DNA of 64,000 nucleotides, from assembly GCA_965205505.1 (NCBI GenBank), contig CBDBHB010000008.1, positions 256,001 through 320,000 of the forward strand, written 5' to 3'. Made by a program: the position numbers and the translations under genes. The notes beneath the pieces are model-generated. The model did no database searches, had not been told where the DNA came from, and was given only the letters and a program-made list of their open reading frames with translations. Within the stretch, counting starts at the first letter, position 1, and each line of letters starts with the position of its first letter. Origin of the DNA: Acidobacteriota bacterium. Its GTDB lineage: Bacteria > Acidobacteriota > UBA890 > WLXD01. This document shows positions 1 to 9,983 of the stretch, piece by piece.

Positions 1-901
1 TCTTCCACATCAGCGGCCGGCCGCCATGCGCGGCGATGTCATCGTCGAGCAGCTTGGAGCACTTCACGTCGAAGATCACTGTCGCTCCGGGGTTCCGGGA
101 CAACATGTCGCGCGCCAAGAGAATTGTCAGACGATCGCCCCACACGATCTCGCCGCGCTGGTCGATCACCCCGACACGGTCGCCGTCTCCGTCGAACCCC
201 AGGCCGAGATCGAAACCGCCCTCGACCACGCGGCGACTCAGGTCGGCCACGGCTTCGGGCACGGTGGGGTCGGGGTGATGGTTCGGGAACGTACCGTCGA
301 CGTCGCAGTACATCTCCTCGACCTCGCAGCCGAGCTCACGGTACATGCGCGGCGCGATCATTCCGGCAACGCCGTTGCCGGCGTCGACCACGACACGCAC
401 CGGACGCGCGAGATGCACGCGCTCCTTGACCATGTCGACATACGGCTGCACCAGGTCGACCGTCTCGACACCGCGACTACCGCTATCCAGATCGTTCGCT
501 TCGATCGCCTGTCGCAGTGCCTGGATATCGTCGCCGAAAAGTGTGCGCGTTCCCAGACACAACTTGAGACCGTTGTAGTCGCCAGGGTTGTGGCTCGCGG
601 TAACCACCACGCCACCATCGGCGCGCAGATGATGGATCCCGAAGTACAGCATCGGCGTCGGCACCAGGCCGGCGTCGAGAACCGCACAACCAGCATCGTT
701 CACACCGGCTGAGAAGGCACCGGCAAGCTCCGGGCTCGAAAGGCGGCCGTCGCGTCCCACCACCACACGGGTACCGCTGTGCCGGCAAACAAGGGTGCCG
801 AAGGCCTGCCCGATACGCCGGAACACATCGGCGTTGACATCGTCTCCGACGATGCCCCGGATGTCGTAGGCGCGGAAGATTCCCGCTGGTACGGCAGACA
901 T
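1..901 (-). CDS. Phosphomannomutase/phosphoglucomutase (runs off the window start)
   Basis: Read manually from ATG 901: MSAVPAGIFRAYDIRGIVG...VTASHNP (catalytic Ser loop)...GFDGDGDR (metal loop). Absent from the ORF track because it has no stop in the window. Confidence 0.93.
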   Translation of the reverse strand, partial: MSAVPAGIFRAYDIRGIVGDDVNADVFRRIGQAFGTLVCRHSGTRVVVGRDGRLSSPELAGAFSAGVNDAGCAVLDAGLVPTPMLYFGIHHLRADGGVVVTASHNPGDYNGLKLCLGTRTLFGDDIQALRQAIEANDLDSGSRGVETVDLVQPYVDMVKERVHLARPVRVVVDAGNGVAGMIAPRMYRELGCEVEEMYCDVDGTFPNHHPDPTVPEAVADLSRRVVEGGFDLGLGFDGDGDRVGVIDQRGEIVWGDRLTILLARDMLSRNPGATVIFDVKCSKLLDDDIAAHGGRPLMWK

Positions 902-1037
902 GGGCGAGATCCTCTGACTGGTTGCGGCGGTGCCGGGGCGTTTGATGGACAAGGTGAAACCGCGGCCGAGTGGCGGCGGTCGGCCGCCTGCGCCGCCTCT
1001 AATTCTTCCACATCTTCCGTACCGACGGCGGCCTTCG

Positions 1038-1073
1038 CTAGCAGGCCGTGGTGGGCCTGGCGCCAGGGTTGCG
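1038..1073 (+). repeat. Degenerate copy of the CTAG-CAGGCCGTGGTG terminal repeat of the MITE-like element
   Basis: CTAGCAGGCCGTGGTG-GGCCTGGCGCCAGGG resembles the element end CTAGCAGGCCGTGGTGAAAGTGTGGTGGGTCTGGCGACAGGG with 11 nt lost between two GTGGTG repeats. Confidence 0.6.
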
Positions 1074-1100
1074 ACGAGATCGCCCCGCGCCTCCAGCGGG

Positions 1101-2228
1101 CTACGCTCGCAGGGTCCGTCGGTCGACCAGATAGCGCTCGATGCGACTCTCACAGACGTCGTGGCCTATTCCTGGGCCCTGTGGCACGCACACGTGCCCA
1201 TCGCCGTCGAGCTCGACCTCGGGATCGATGATGTCCTGCTCCCAGTAACGTCGCGACGCCGACAAGTCGTTGGACAACGTGAAGTTGGGAAGCGCCGCGA
1301 CGGCGATGTTGTGCAGCCTGCCCACTCCCGACTCCAGCATTCCACCGCACCACACGGGAATCTGACGCCGCTCGCACAGGTCATGCACGGCGACTCCGGC
1401 CGAACGGCCACCAAGCCGCGAGCACTTGATGTTGATGATGCGCGCCGCCTTCGCCTCCAGTGCCCGTTCTGTGACCTCTACCGTCTTGGCAGATTCGTCC
1501 AGGCATATCGGCGTAGCGATTTGCTCCTGAAACTCGGCGTGCAACTCGAGCTCGTCGTATTCAAACGGCTGTTCGATCATCTCCATATCGAAGCGATCGA
1601 GCTCGACAATGTGCGGGATGTCCTCGCGCCGATACGCGCAGTTGGCATCGACCATGAGCGGAATGTCTCCGAATCGGTTTCGTACCTTGTCGATGACGCC
1701 AACGTCTTTCCCCTTGGCGATCTTCAGCTTGATTCGCCGGTAGCCCTGAGCGAGCGCCGTCTCGATTTGGTCGGCCAGCACCTCGAAGTCCTGCTGAATA
1801 CCTAGCGAAATGCCCACCATGATGCGGTCGCGCACCGGCCTGTCGCCGGCGTACAGGCGGTGCACAGGCAACCCGCGTCGGCGAGCCTCGAGGTCCCAGA
1901 CAGCCTCCTCGATCGCTGCCTTTGCCATCGGGTGCCAAGGCCACTTGGCCATGTGGGCAGCGACAGCAGTTGCGGCACCCGCTTCCGGCAGATCGAGCTC
2001 GAACAGCTCTGGTGCCAGCAGGTCCTCGATGATGTGTCGACAGGTCCCGACAGTCTCGTAGGTATAGAAGGGCATGCGATCGGCCCCCGACTCGCCCCAC
2101 CCGAACGCCCCCTCGGAATGCACGCGCACCAGCAGGATGTTGCGCTCGCCGAAGCGACCGCGCGAGATCTCGAACCAACCGACGAGCGGAATACGGATTT
2201 GAATCAAGTCCAACGCGTCGATCTTCAA
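1101..2228 (-). CDS. menC: o-Succinylbenzoate synthase / N-succinylamino acid racemase (enolase superfamily)
   Basis: RIKLKI (KxK), MVDAN, IEQP, ICLDES, NIK, WCGGMLESGVG and DLSASRRYW match the NSAR/OSBS subfamily. Confidence 0.88.
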   Translation of the reverse strand: MKIDALDLIQIRIPLVGWFEISRGRFGERNILLVRVHSEGAFGWGESGADRMPFYTYETVGTCRHIIEDLLAPELFELDLPEAGAATAVAAHMAKWPWHPMAKAAIEEAVWDLEARRRGLPVHRLYAGDRPVRDRIMVGISLGIQQDFEVLADQIETALAQGYRRIKLKIAKGKDVGVIDKVRNRFGDIPLMVDANCAYRREDIPHIVELDRFDMEMIEQPFEYDELELHAEFQEQIATPICLDESAKTVEVTERALEAKAARIINIKCSRLGGRSAGVAVHDLCERRQIPVWCGGMLESGVGRLHNIAVAALPNFTLSNDLSASRRYWEQDIIDPEVELDGDGHVCVPQGPGIGHDVCESRIERYLVDRRTLRA

Positions 2229-2288
2229 TGCGCTCTCCGATGTTCTTTGTCGATGCGAATCAAGCGTCCGCTGATCTCCTCGCCGTTA

Positions 2289-3227
2289 CTACAAATCGCC
2301 CCGGTCGCGCTCTCCACAAACGTCACCATACTCATGATCCGGAGCACCTGTGGCCTCCGGACTGCCGCGCTCGAAAACGAACAGGGTCCGCGGCGCCGGG
2401 GCACTGAAGCGTACGCACTCGCGCACAAAGTAGCCGCGGCCCAGGTAATGCTGAAAGACCTCCCGCGTCGCCATCCTCCAGGCCAAGACGGCGGCAGGGT
2501 CAACTTTCATGACCTCCTGAATCGACGTTGGAATCTCGCAGGCAACATGCGGCGCATCGAGATGCAGCTTCGGCCTCCCGGGTATCGAAACCGCGTCGCC
2601 GGACTCAACACCCGACAGAGCCTCGGAGACACTGACCCGGCCGGCGGCGATCTCCTGTGCCAGCACGCCACGCTCGCCGCGCTCGCGGGCCGCGACCCGC
2701 GCGGTGTCCAAATGCCACGCTGCCAGCAACCGATCCGTTGGTGATCCTTGATGCAGGAGGCTGGTCGTCTCGCCATAGAGGTTTTCGAAGTAGGTCTCGG
2801 CGACGACCCCCAGCTTGCCGAAGTTAAAGTGAGAATTCAGCGATTGCAGTGGATCGAACGTCCAGGCTATGAGATGCAGTCCTTGCTGCAACGCAACCTC
2901 TCGCTGGGTCCATTTGAGACGCGCCCCGAGCCCCGTGGAACGAAACGAAACATCCACCGCCAGCATGTGCGAGTAGTGCAGCGCGCGACCGCGATCGTCC
3001 TCGCCGCGAAACCCGTAGCAAAACCCCACTAGCTGACCGCCTGCGTCAAACGCCCCGAGCACAATCCCGCCGGCTTTCTGTGCCGCCACCAGCTGGGTCC
3101 GCGGGATAACGTCGAGGTCACCGCGGAAGTGCCACACGCGGCGCTGAAGCTCCTCGCATTGGATATAGTCGTCGACGCCTGCCAGTCGGCGGATCGGACA
3201 TTCGGCGCGGCGTGCCGTGTCGCTCAT
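2289..3227 (-). CDS. GNAT-family acyltransferase (putative amino-acid N-succinyltransferase)
   Basis: HYSHMLAV, GLGARLKWTQRE, WTFDPLQSLNSHFNFGKLG and PTDRLLAAW; adjacent to the NSAR/OSBS gene. Start taken at ATG 3227. Confidence 0.8.
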   Translation of the reverse strand: MSDTARRAECPIRRLAGVDDYIQCEELQRRVWHFRGDLDVIPRTQLVAAQKAGGIVLGAFDAGGQLVGFCYGFRGEDDRGRALHYSHMLAVDVSFRSTGLGARLKWTQREVALQQGLHLIAWTFDPLQSLNSHFNFGKLGVVAETYFENLYGETTSLLHQGSPTDRLLAAWHLDTARVAARERGERGVLAQEIAAGRVSVSEALSGVESGDAVSIPGRPKLHLDAPHVACEIPTSIQEVMKVDPAAVLAWRMATREVFQHYLGRGYFVRECVRFSAPAPRTLFVFERGSPEATGAPDHEYGDVCGERDRGDL

Positions 3228-3228
3228 C

Positions 3229-3987
3229 TCAGACGCCGGTCGGTAGGTCGATCCAACGCGCTTCGATGCCGAACCGCTCCGCCACCAGGTCGCCCACCGC
3301 CCGTACGCCGAACGTCTCGGTCGCATAATGTCCTGCAAAGATGCAGTTGAGCCTCGCCTCACGGGCATCGTGGTAGGCGGAATGGCGCGGCTCGCCGGTG
3401 ATGAAACAATCAGCGCCGAGCGCCACAACATCGTCGAGGGCGCCGCAGCCACTGCCGGTTACCACGGCGATCGTGCTCACCTCCTCGGCCCCAAACGCCC
3501 ACATAAGCTGATCGTCACAGCCGACAGCGGCCAACCGACCGGCTAGTGTCGCCAGCGGAATCGCCTCGGGCAGGCGAGCCAGGGTACCCACCTGCACACC
3601 GTTGTGGTCGCCGAAGCGCGACTCGGGTACCGCCTGCAAGGCGCCGGCGAGCAACGCGTTGTTGCCCACCTCGGGGTGCAGGTCCAAAGGTAGATGGGCC
3701 GCGTAGATCGACACTCCGCTGGCGTAGCACTGAGCGACGCGGGCACCCAGGCGACCGCTGAGCGGCGCGCGATCGCCCCAGAGCAGCCCGTGGTGGACGA
3801 TCATCAGCTGACACCCGGCGTCGGCGGCCATCGTGATCGTCTCAGCAGCCGCATCGACCGCCACGGCAAAGCGCTCTACCTGCTCGGAAGCCTCGACCTG
3901 AAGACCGTTCAGCGAGACGTCAGGGACCGCGTCGACGTCGAGGTACGCGTTCAGAAAGGCGGCGATGTCGCCGAGCGACTCTGCCAT
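3229..3987 (-). CDS. Nif3-like dinuclear metal-centre protein
   Basis: NGLQVE, IVHHGLLW, YAAHLPLDLHPEVGNN, FITGE and AGHYATE motifs. Confidence 0.92.
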   Translation of the reverse strand: MAESLGDIAAFLNAYLDVDAVPDVSLNGLQVEASEQVERFAVAVDAAAETITMAADAGCQLMIVHHGLLWGDRAPLSGRLGARVAQCYASGVSIYAAHLPLDLHPEVGNNALLAGALQAVPESRFGDHNGVQVGTLARLPEAIPLATLAGRLAAVGCDDQLMWAFGAEEVSTIAVVTGSGCGALDDVVALGADCFITGEPRHSAYHDAREARLNCIFAGHYATETFGVRAVGDLVAERFGIEARWIDLPTGV

Positions 3988-4025
3988 GCGGGTCTCCGGG
4001 TGTCGGGGCTCGCGGGTACCTTACT

Positions 4026-5318
4026 TCAAGAACCGTCAGCCGACGGAGACCATGGTCCGGCAATCGCCAGGGCGTAGGCGTCGGGGTACAGCAACTCCCG
4101 TGCCGCAGCCTGCACGGCTTCTGTATCGACGCGATTCACATAGCCCACCAGTCGCTCCAGATAGTCGAGACCAAGATCGAACATCTCGATCTCATGCAGT
4201 AACCCGGCCACTCCCTCGTTGCTTTCGAGCGCCCGCGGCAAGGCCCGAATGGTCGCGGCCTTGGCGTTGTCGAGCTCGTCGGCGGTGACCGGCTCGGCAC
4301 GGATGCGCCGGATCTCCGCAAGCACCGCCTCGACGGCGGCCTCGACATGCTGTGGCTGAACTCCGGCGCGAACCACGAACGGCCCTGGGCCCAGGCCGGC
4401 AGCGAAGGCACTGTAGGTGTAGTACGCCATGCCCTGCTCCTCGCGTACCGAGCGCCCCAACCTGCCGCCCATTGCGAATCGACCGAGGATCGTGTTCATC
4501 AGGGCAGCGGCGTAGTAACGGTCGTCACTACGCCGGATGGAAGCATGGCCGAGGGCAATGTCGACCTGCGCCTTGTCGGGCATCGCCGCGACGTGACGTC
4601 GGACCTCTTGCGGCGGCGCCACGTCGGCAACCGCGCATTGCGCCTGTCGGTACCCGCCGCGAGGCGCCTCGTCCATCCAGCCGTCAAACGCATCATGCGC
4701 GATTGCCAAGGCCGCGTCGGCATCGACGTTGCCGGCGACAACCAGCAGCGCCGCCGACGGACCGAAGAACCGTGCGTGGAATGCTCTTAGATCCTCCCCC
4801 CGGATCCCCTCGACCGTCGCCGGCGTCCCTCGCGTGCGAACCGCGTACGCGTGTCCGTCAGGGTAGGCCAGCTCGCGCAGCGCGTGCATTGCCACGACGG
4901 CCGGGTCATCGCAATCTTCTCGCAGCGCCGTCAGACGGTCGCCGACGAGCTTGGAGACCTCGGTATCGGGGAAAGTAGGATGCTGCGCACACTCTGCTAG
5001 CAGGCCCATGACCTCGGGCATGTCCTCAGCGCGTGACTTGGCTACCAAGCCGGCCGTATGCCGTCCCCCAGTGCCGCCAAGGTGGGCGCCTCGGAAGTCG
5101 AGCACCTCGCCTACCGCGGCCTTGTCGCGCATCTCGGTGCCACGCGTGAGCCCCCTCGCCATGAGCGTCGCGAGCCCCGCCTGCGCTGCCGGCTCGAAAC
5201 ACGCACCGGCAGCAATGCTGAGGCTGAGGGTCACCGCCGACGACGCATGGTTGGACTGGTGCATCACCACCAGCCCGTTGTCGAGCTGGGTCCGGGTGGG
5301 GGCAAATCCGGCGGTCAC
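4026..5318 (-). CDS. M16 peptidase, non-catalytic subunit
   Basis: LDNGL start and GRLGRSVREEQGMAYY; no HxxEH. The GTG start overlaps the upstream stop (GTGA). Confidence 0.88.
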   Translation of the reverse strand: MTAGFAPTRTQLDNGLVVMHQSNHASSAVTLSLSIAAGACFEPAAQAGLATLMARGLTRGTEMRDKAAVGEVLDFRGAHLGGTGGRHTAGLVAKSRAEDMPEVMGLLAECAQHPTFPDTEVSKLVGDRLTALREDCDDPAVVAMHALRELAYPDGHAYAVRTRGTPATVEGIRGEDLRAFHARFFGPSAALLVVAGNVDADAALAIAHDAFDGWMDEAPRGGYRQAQCAVADVAPPQEVRRHVAAMPDKAQVDIALGHASIRRSDDRYYAAALMNTILGRFAMGGRLGRSVREEQGMAYYTYSAFAAGLGPGPFVVRAGVQPQHVEAAVEAVLAEIRRIRAEPVTADELDNAKAATIRALPRALESNEGVAGLLHEIEMFDLGLDYLERLVGYVNRVDTEAVQAAARELLYPDAYALAIAGPWSPSADGS

Positions 5319-6607
5319 GAGTTTCTCCGCGGCACGAACCAACCCACTGTTCTCGCCTCGGGTCGCAGAAACCGTGCTGCGGCGCGTCGAACATCTGCGG
5401 CAGTTGTGGCCTCTACGGCGCTCGGCACCGCATCCAGCGCATCGATTGTGGCGATCGTCGCAAAGTAACCGAGTTGATGTGCCACGTCGGTGACGCGTTC
5501 GGACTCGAACGCCAGCGCCGACAACACCTGGTTCTTCGCCTTGCGGAGGGCTCGGTCGTCGACATCCTGCGTCGCCAACCCCTCCACCGATTCGGTCAGC
5601 GCTTCTTCGGCGCACCGAGGCTCCACCCCCTCACGCAGTGTCGCCGAAAAGCCATAGAGGTAAGGCTCTTCGGTAGGCAGCACGGCCGAGCTGATCGACA
5701 CCACCAGCTCGCTGTCGACGAGCGCCCCGTAGAGCGGCGACGTGACCCGCGCGCTGCGGCCAAAGCCGCCGCTCCAGAGGTTGATTCCCTTGCCGCCCGA
5801 CAACAGCGCGTCGGCTACCAGCAAGGGCACGAAGTCAGTGTCCGAGAATGCCGGTGCTCCATAGACGATCTGCAAGTACGCGGCCGTGCCCGGTCGCTCG
5901 AGCACGACACGGCGCTCGCCGTCCTGCTGAGGCTCACGCACGTACTGGTATGAAGTGATCTCGGCGGCCGGAATGCCACCGAATCGGCGCCGGGCGGCAT
6001 CGACCGCCGCGTTTGCATCGACATCGCCAGCAATCACCAGGGTCGCGTTGCCCGGGTTGTAGTACCGCCTGTAGTGAAGAAACAGATCGTCTCGCGTCAT
6101 CGCCTCCAGATCGCTCTGCCAGCCGATGGTCGGCCACCGGTAGGGGTGCATCCGCAGCGCCGCTGCAGTCACATCGATATCGAGCAGGTACTGCGGGCTG
6201 TTGCTGTTGCCGTGCATCTCGGCAAGCACGACCGTACGCTCAGATTCGAACTCTTTCGGCTCGTAGAGGCACTCCGTCATGCGATCGGATTCGATCCGCA
6301 AGGCGAGGTCGAGCTCGTCTGCGGCCAGGGTCTCGAAGTAAGTCGTCTGGTCGATCCATGTGTAGCCGTTCCAGCTACCGCCGGCGCGCTCGATCCACAC
6401 TTTCAGGTCCTCGCGAGAAACGTTCGCCGTGCCCTTGAAATTCATGTGCTCCGCGAAGTGTGACGCTCCGGTCAGCCCCGGCGCCTCGTTCTTCGAGCCC
6501 ACGTGGTACCAGCACCAGACCGACACCAACGGCGCACTGTCTAGCGGCTGCACGACGACTCGAAGGCCGTTGTCGAGCGTCGCCTGGACCCGCCGATCAG
6601 CGGCCAT
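5315..6607 (-). CDS. M16 zinc peptidase, catalytic subunit
   Basis: LDNGL, HVGSKNE, GASHFAEHMNFKGT (HxxEH) and YYNPGNATLVIAGD. Confidence 0.92.
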   Translation of the reverse strand: MAADRRVQATLDNGLRVVVQPLDSAPLVSVWCWYHVGSKNEAPGLTGASHFAEHMNFKGTANVSREDLKVWIERAGGSWNGYTWIDQTTYFETLAADELDLALRIESDRMTECLYEPKEFESERTVVLAEMHGNSNSPQYLLDIDVTAAALRMHPYRWPTIGWQSDLEAMTRDDLFLHYRRYYNPGNATLVIAGDVDANAAVDAARRRFGGIPAAEITSYQYVREPQQDGERRVVLERPGTAAYLQIVYGAPAFSDTDFVPLLVADALLSGGKGINLWSGGFGRSARVTSPLYGALVDSELVVSISSAVLPTEEPYLYGFSATLREGVEPRCAEEALTESVEGLATQDVDDRALRKAKNQVLSALAFESERVTDVAHQLGYFATIATIDALDAVPSAVEATTAADVRRAAARFLRPEARTVGWFVPRRNS

Positions 6608-7004
6608 CTCTTCCCTCCTCGTCGGAATCCGCCGCGAAGATCTCAGGGGCATATCGCCGCATGAGCGCCTTCGTACCACCGTTGATCGGCGCGAACGCTC
6701 GCTGCCCTACGTGTACCCGCCAGCGGTAGTTGATGCCCGTGTCACGCGGGACGCAATGAACGTCGAGGGTTCCGTAGAAGCTCGAAAGCACCTCCGCCGT
6801 GCAGCTGAGTTCACCCTCGTCATCGGCGATGAACTCCCCCAACCGCGGCTGCCCACCCGCCTCGAAGCTCGTCACCACCTCGATCGAGCGACGAATGTCG
6901 CCCGCCCGATACATCCGGTTCAGCGTGTAGAGCGTCGCTAGACCGAGGATCGCCATGGGGATCACCAGGAACCAGTTGTCGCGTCCGATATGAAAGCGTG
7001 CCAT
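6597..7004 (-). CDS. Hypothetical membrane-anchored protein
   Basis: 135 aa with an N-terminal hydrophobic helix; fills the gap between co-oriented genes. Confidence 0.7.
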   Translation of the reverse strand: MARFHIGRDNWFLVIPMAILGLATLYTLNRMYRAGDIRRSIEVVTSFEAGGQPRLGEFIADDEGELSCTAEVLSSFYGTLDVHCVPRDTGINYRWRVHVGQRAFAPINGGTKALMRRYAPEIFAADSDEEGRDGR

Positions 7005-7011
7005 CTAGTGT

Positions 7012-8406
7012 CTAGACGACCAGGCCGGCCACGAGGTAAAGCAGAGTCGCGAGACCTCCGCCTGCAAGCGCGTACGGAATCTGGGTCGTGACGTGCTCTA
7101 TGTGGTCACATCCAGCCGACATAGACGAGACCACGGTGGTATCGGAGATCGGTGAGCAGTGGTCGCCGAAGATCCCGCCACCCATCACTGCCGCTACGGC
7201 CAGTGGCACCGAAGAGCCGCTCTGAAGCGCCAGCGGAACGGCGATCGGTATGAGGATGGCGAAGGTGCCCCACGAGCTGCCGGTGGAGAAGGCAATCACA
7301 CATCCGGTGCCGAAGACGACCGGCGCCACGGTAACCGGTGTCAAGAGCGGCGCCGCGATCGACGCCACCCAGGGTCCCGTGCCGAGCGCCCGACAGACGG
7401 CTCCGATCCCCAGCGCAAGCGCCAGAATCGCGGCAACAGGTACAAGCTCCTGAAAACCCCGTATGGCCGAATTAGTCATCTCGGCGAACGAGAACAGCCC
7501 CTGCGCGCGATACAGCAGCATCGCTACCAGCACGCCGCTCGACGTTGCCAGCAACACGGCGGTCGAGGCCGAGCCCCGTAGCCATTCGCCGTCTCCGGTG
7601 ATGTACAGGACGACCGGCACCATGACTACCGTGACCACCACCGGCAAGATCAGATTACGCGCCTTCTTGCCCGCCTCGGGCGCGTTCTCGCCGAGGTCTG
7701 ATGTCGGGCCATCGACGCGGCCGGCGCCCTCCGCCGCAGCGGCCTCGGCTCTCGCCATGGGGCCGTAGTCGCGTCCGCTCAGCGCCACCAGGAACACCGT
7801 CGCAAGTGCCAGCAGCGCATAGAAGTTCAGTGGGATGGCTGCAATCAGCACGCCCAGGGGGTCGGCGAGCCCCTCGGCAGCGAGCAAGCTGATGATCAAC
7901 GCACCCCACGCGTTGATCGGGATCAGCATACATATAGGTGCCGATGTCGAGTCACACACGTACGCTAGCTTGGCGCGCGAAAGACCGACGCGATCGTAGA
8001 GCGGACGCGACACAGTGCCGGTTACAAGGCACGTGATGTTCGACTCGATGAAGATCGCTATTCCCAGAAACGCCGAGATCAGCTGGGCGGAGCGCTTGTC
8101 GCGTACCCAGCCGCGCGTTATCGCCCATTCGGCAAAGCCAGCTACGCCACCGGACTCGCGCAACAGCACGATCAAGGCACCCACCATCAAGGTGAACATC
8201 AGCGTACGTGCGTTATCGCCATTGGAAACCACGCCGACGAGCTGATCGATGGCCGCGGCGGCGCCGGCCAGCGGATTGAACCCGGCAAGGATCGTGGTAC
8301 CGATCCAGATCCCGGCGAACAGCGACAGGTGCACCTGGCGGGTCCGCAAGGCCATGACGATGGCCAGGATCGGCGGCACTATCGACAGCCAGCCGTACGT
8401 TGACAT
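7012..8406 (-). CDS. Na+/H+ antiporter NhaC-family / amino-acid transporter
   Basis: LSIVPPILAI, LAYVCDSTSAP, FSTGSSWGTFAI and FGDHCSPISDTT motifs. Confidence 0.9.
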   Translation of the reverse strand: MSTYGWLSIVPPILAIVMALRTRQVHLSLFAGIWIGTTILAGFNPLAGAAAAIDQLVGVVSNGDNARTLMFTLMVGALIVLLRESGGVAGFAEWAITRGWVRDKRSAQLISAFLGIAIFIESNITCLVTGTVSRPLYDRVGLSRAKLAYVCDSTSAPICMLIPINAWGALIISLLAAEGLADPLGVLIAAIPLNFYALLALATVFLVALSGRDYGPMARAEAAAAEGAGRVDGPTSDLGENAPEAGKKARNLILPVVVTVVMVPVVLYITGDGEWLRGSASTAVLLATSSGVLVAMLLYRAQGLFSFAEMTNSAIRGFQELVPVAAILALALGIGAVCRALGTGPWVASIAAPLLTPVTVAPVVFGTGCVIAFSTGSSWGTFAILIPIAVPLALQSGSSVPLAVAAVMGGGIFGDHCSPISDTTVVSSMSAGCDHIEHVTTQIPYALAGGGLATLLYLVAGLVV

Positions 8407-8516
8407 GGATCTGCTGGGTAGGGGCCCCATTTTCGGGGCCGGGAGGGCTCATATGTTACCCCGGTGTCCGTGGCCCTGCCGAAATCGCGCTGGCCACGCT
8501 GCTACACTCGCCGACC

Positions 8517-9269
8517 ATGACCACACCCGCCGCACAGCTGGGCTATTACCACGGCGCCGAGCGCATTCGGTACATCGGTAGCTGGGCGGTCACGATGACG
8601 GCGACGATCGTTCTCGGCACGGCGGGAATCCTGGTCTCCTTCCTCGCTGCGCGCGGCACCGTGACACACGCCTGTGCCCGGATTTGGGGACGGGCACTCC
8701 TCTGGATCAACGGTGTCGTGGTGCAAACCGAAGGCGGCGAGAATCTCGACCCCGACGCAGCCTACGTGCTCGTCGGCACCCACCAGTCGGCCCTCGACAT
8801 CCCGGCCTTGCTGGTGGGATTGCCGGTGCCCTTCCGTTTGCCCGCCAAGGCGTCGCTGTTCCGCATCCCGTTCGTCGGCTGGTACATGCGACGCGTCGGG
8901 TGCGTGCCGCTGGACGCGGGCGCCGACGACTCGGTCGTCGAGGCGCTTTGGAGTCCCCGGCGGCGAGCCGCCGGGTCGATGTCCACCGTCATCTTTGCCG
9001 CGGGCACCCGCGCCGCCGAAGGAGAGTTGTCGTGCTCTTGCGTAAACGGCGTCGACCTCGCACGCGCTGCTGGCGTACCGATCGTGCCGATCGTGCTGGT
9101 GAACAGCCGCGCCCTCATGCCGATCGGCAGGCGCTTCGCGGATCCCGGCAGCATTCAGGTTCGGATCGGTACGCCGCTGGAGCCTGATCCTGACGTCTCC
9201 ACGGGCGATGATGTGGCCACCGCGGTCCGTGATGCCGTTGCCGCGCTCAGGTTGGCGCACGCCCGATGA
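8517..9269 (+). CDS. Lysophospholipid acyltransferase family protein (PlsC-like)
   Basis: HQSALD (HX4D), AKASLFRIPFVGW and VPIVPI; the FPEGTR block reads FAAGTR. Confidence 0.8.
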   Translation: MTTPAAQLGYYHGAERIRYIGSWAVTMTATIVLGTAGILVSFLAARGTVTHACARIWGRALLWINGVVVQTEGGENLDPDAAYVLVGTHQSALDIPALLVGLPVPFRLPAKASLFRIPFVGWYMRRVGCVPLDAGADDSVVEALWSPRRRAAGSMSTVIFAAGTRAAEGELSCSCVNGVDLARAAGVPIVPIVLVNSRALMPIGRRFADPGSIQVRIGTPLEPDPDVSTGDDVATAVRDAVAALRLAHAR

Positions 9270-9976
9270 TTCCACTGCGCGATGACAACCCGACTGATAG
9301 CACACCTTGGGTGACCTACCTGCTATTCGGCGCCAACCTGGCCGTCTTCGCCTTCCAGCTGCAGGTGCGCATGACGGGCGGCGACCAGGCGTATTTGGCA
9401 CTGGTCACACAGCTGGGGCTGGTTCCCGTCGCCCTGACTTCGCCGACGCTTTGGATGCAGATGCCCATCCCGGCACCACTGACACTGCTGACCTCGATGT
9501 TCGTGCACGGTGACCTGTTCCACTTGGGCGGCAACATGCTCTACCTGTGGGTCTTCGCCGACAACGTCGAGGACAGACTCGGATCGGTTCGCTTTCTGGC
9601 CTTCTACCTGCTGTGCGGACTCAGCGCAGCGGGCGCGCAGGTGGCTCTCATGCCCGAGAGCACCATTCCGATGGTAGGCGCGAGCGGCGCCATCGCCGGG
9701 GTCTTGGGCGCCTACATGCTCCTGTACCCGACCGCCCGGGTGTTGACGCTCGTAGTCCTGGTGATCTTCATCCGCATCATGTACCTGCCGTCTGTCCTCC
9801 TGCTGGGGATTTGGTTCCTTATTCAGCTTTGGTCGGCAGGCAGCGGTGGCACGGTGGGGGTGGCGTGGTACGCACATGTCGGCGGGTTCGTGGCCGGCCT
9901 CGTGCTCGTCGGAGTCTTCGCGAAGCGGATGCGACACCGGCGGCCGAGAGTCGAGACCTATCGACAACGCCCGTAG
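9266..9976 (+). CDS. Rhomboid-family intramembrane serine protease
   Basis: MIPLRDDNP, SMFVHGDLFHLGGNM, VGASGAIAG and AWYAHVGG. Confidence 0.95.
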   Translation: MIPLRDDNPTDSTPWVTYLLFGANLAVFAFQLQVRMTGGDQAYLALVTQLGLVPVALTSPTLWMQMPIPAPLTLLTSMFVHGDLFHLGGNMLYLWVFADNVEDRLGSVRFLAFYLLCGLSAAGAQVALMPESTIPMVGASGAIAGVLGAYMLLYPTARVLTLVVLVIFIRIMYLPSVLLLGIWFLIQLWSAGSGGTVGVAWYAHVGGFVAGLVLVGVFAKRMRHRRPRVETYRQRP

Positions 9977-9983
9977 CAGGCCG

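Noticed and set aside
26-712. 228-aa plus-strand ORF, and many similar long antisense ORFs (e.g. 19472-20749, 36061-37191)
   Set aside because: Shadow frames of well-supported opposite-strand genes, as expected in high-GC DNA.
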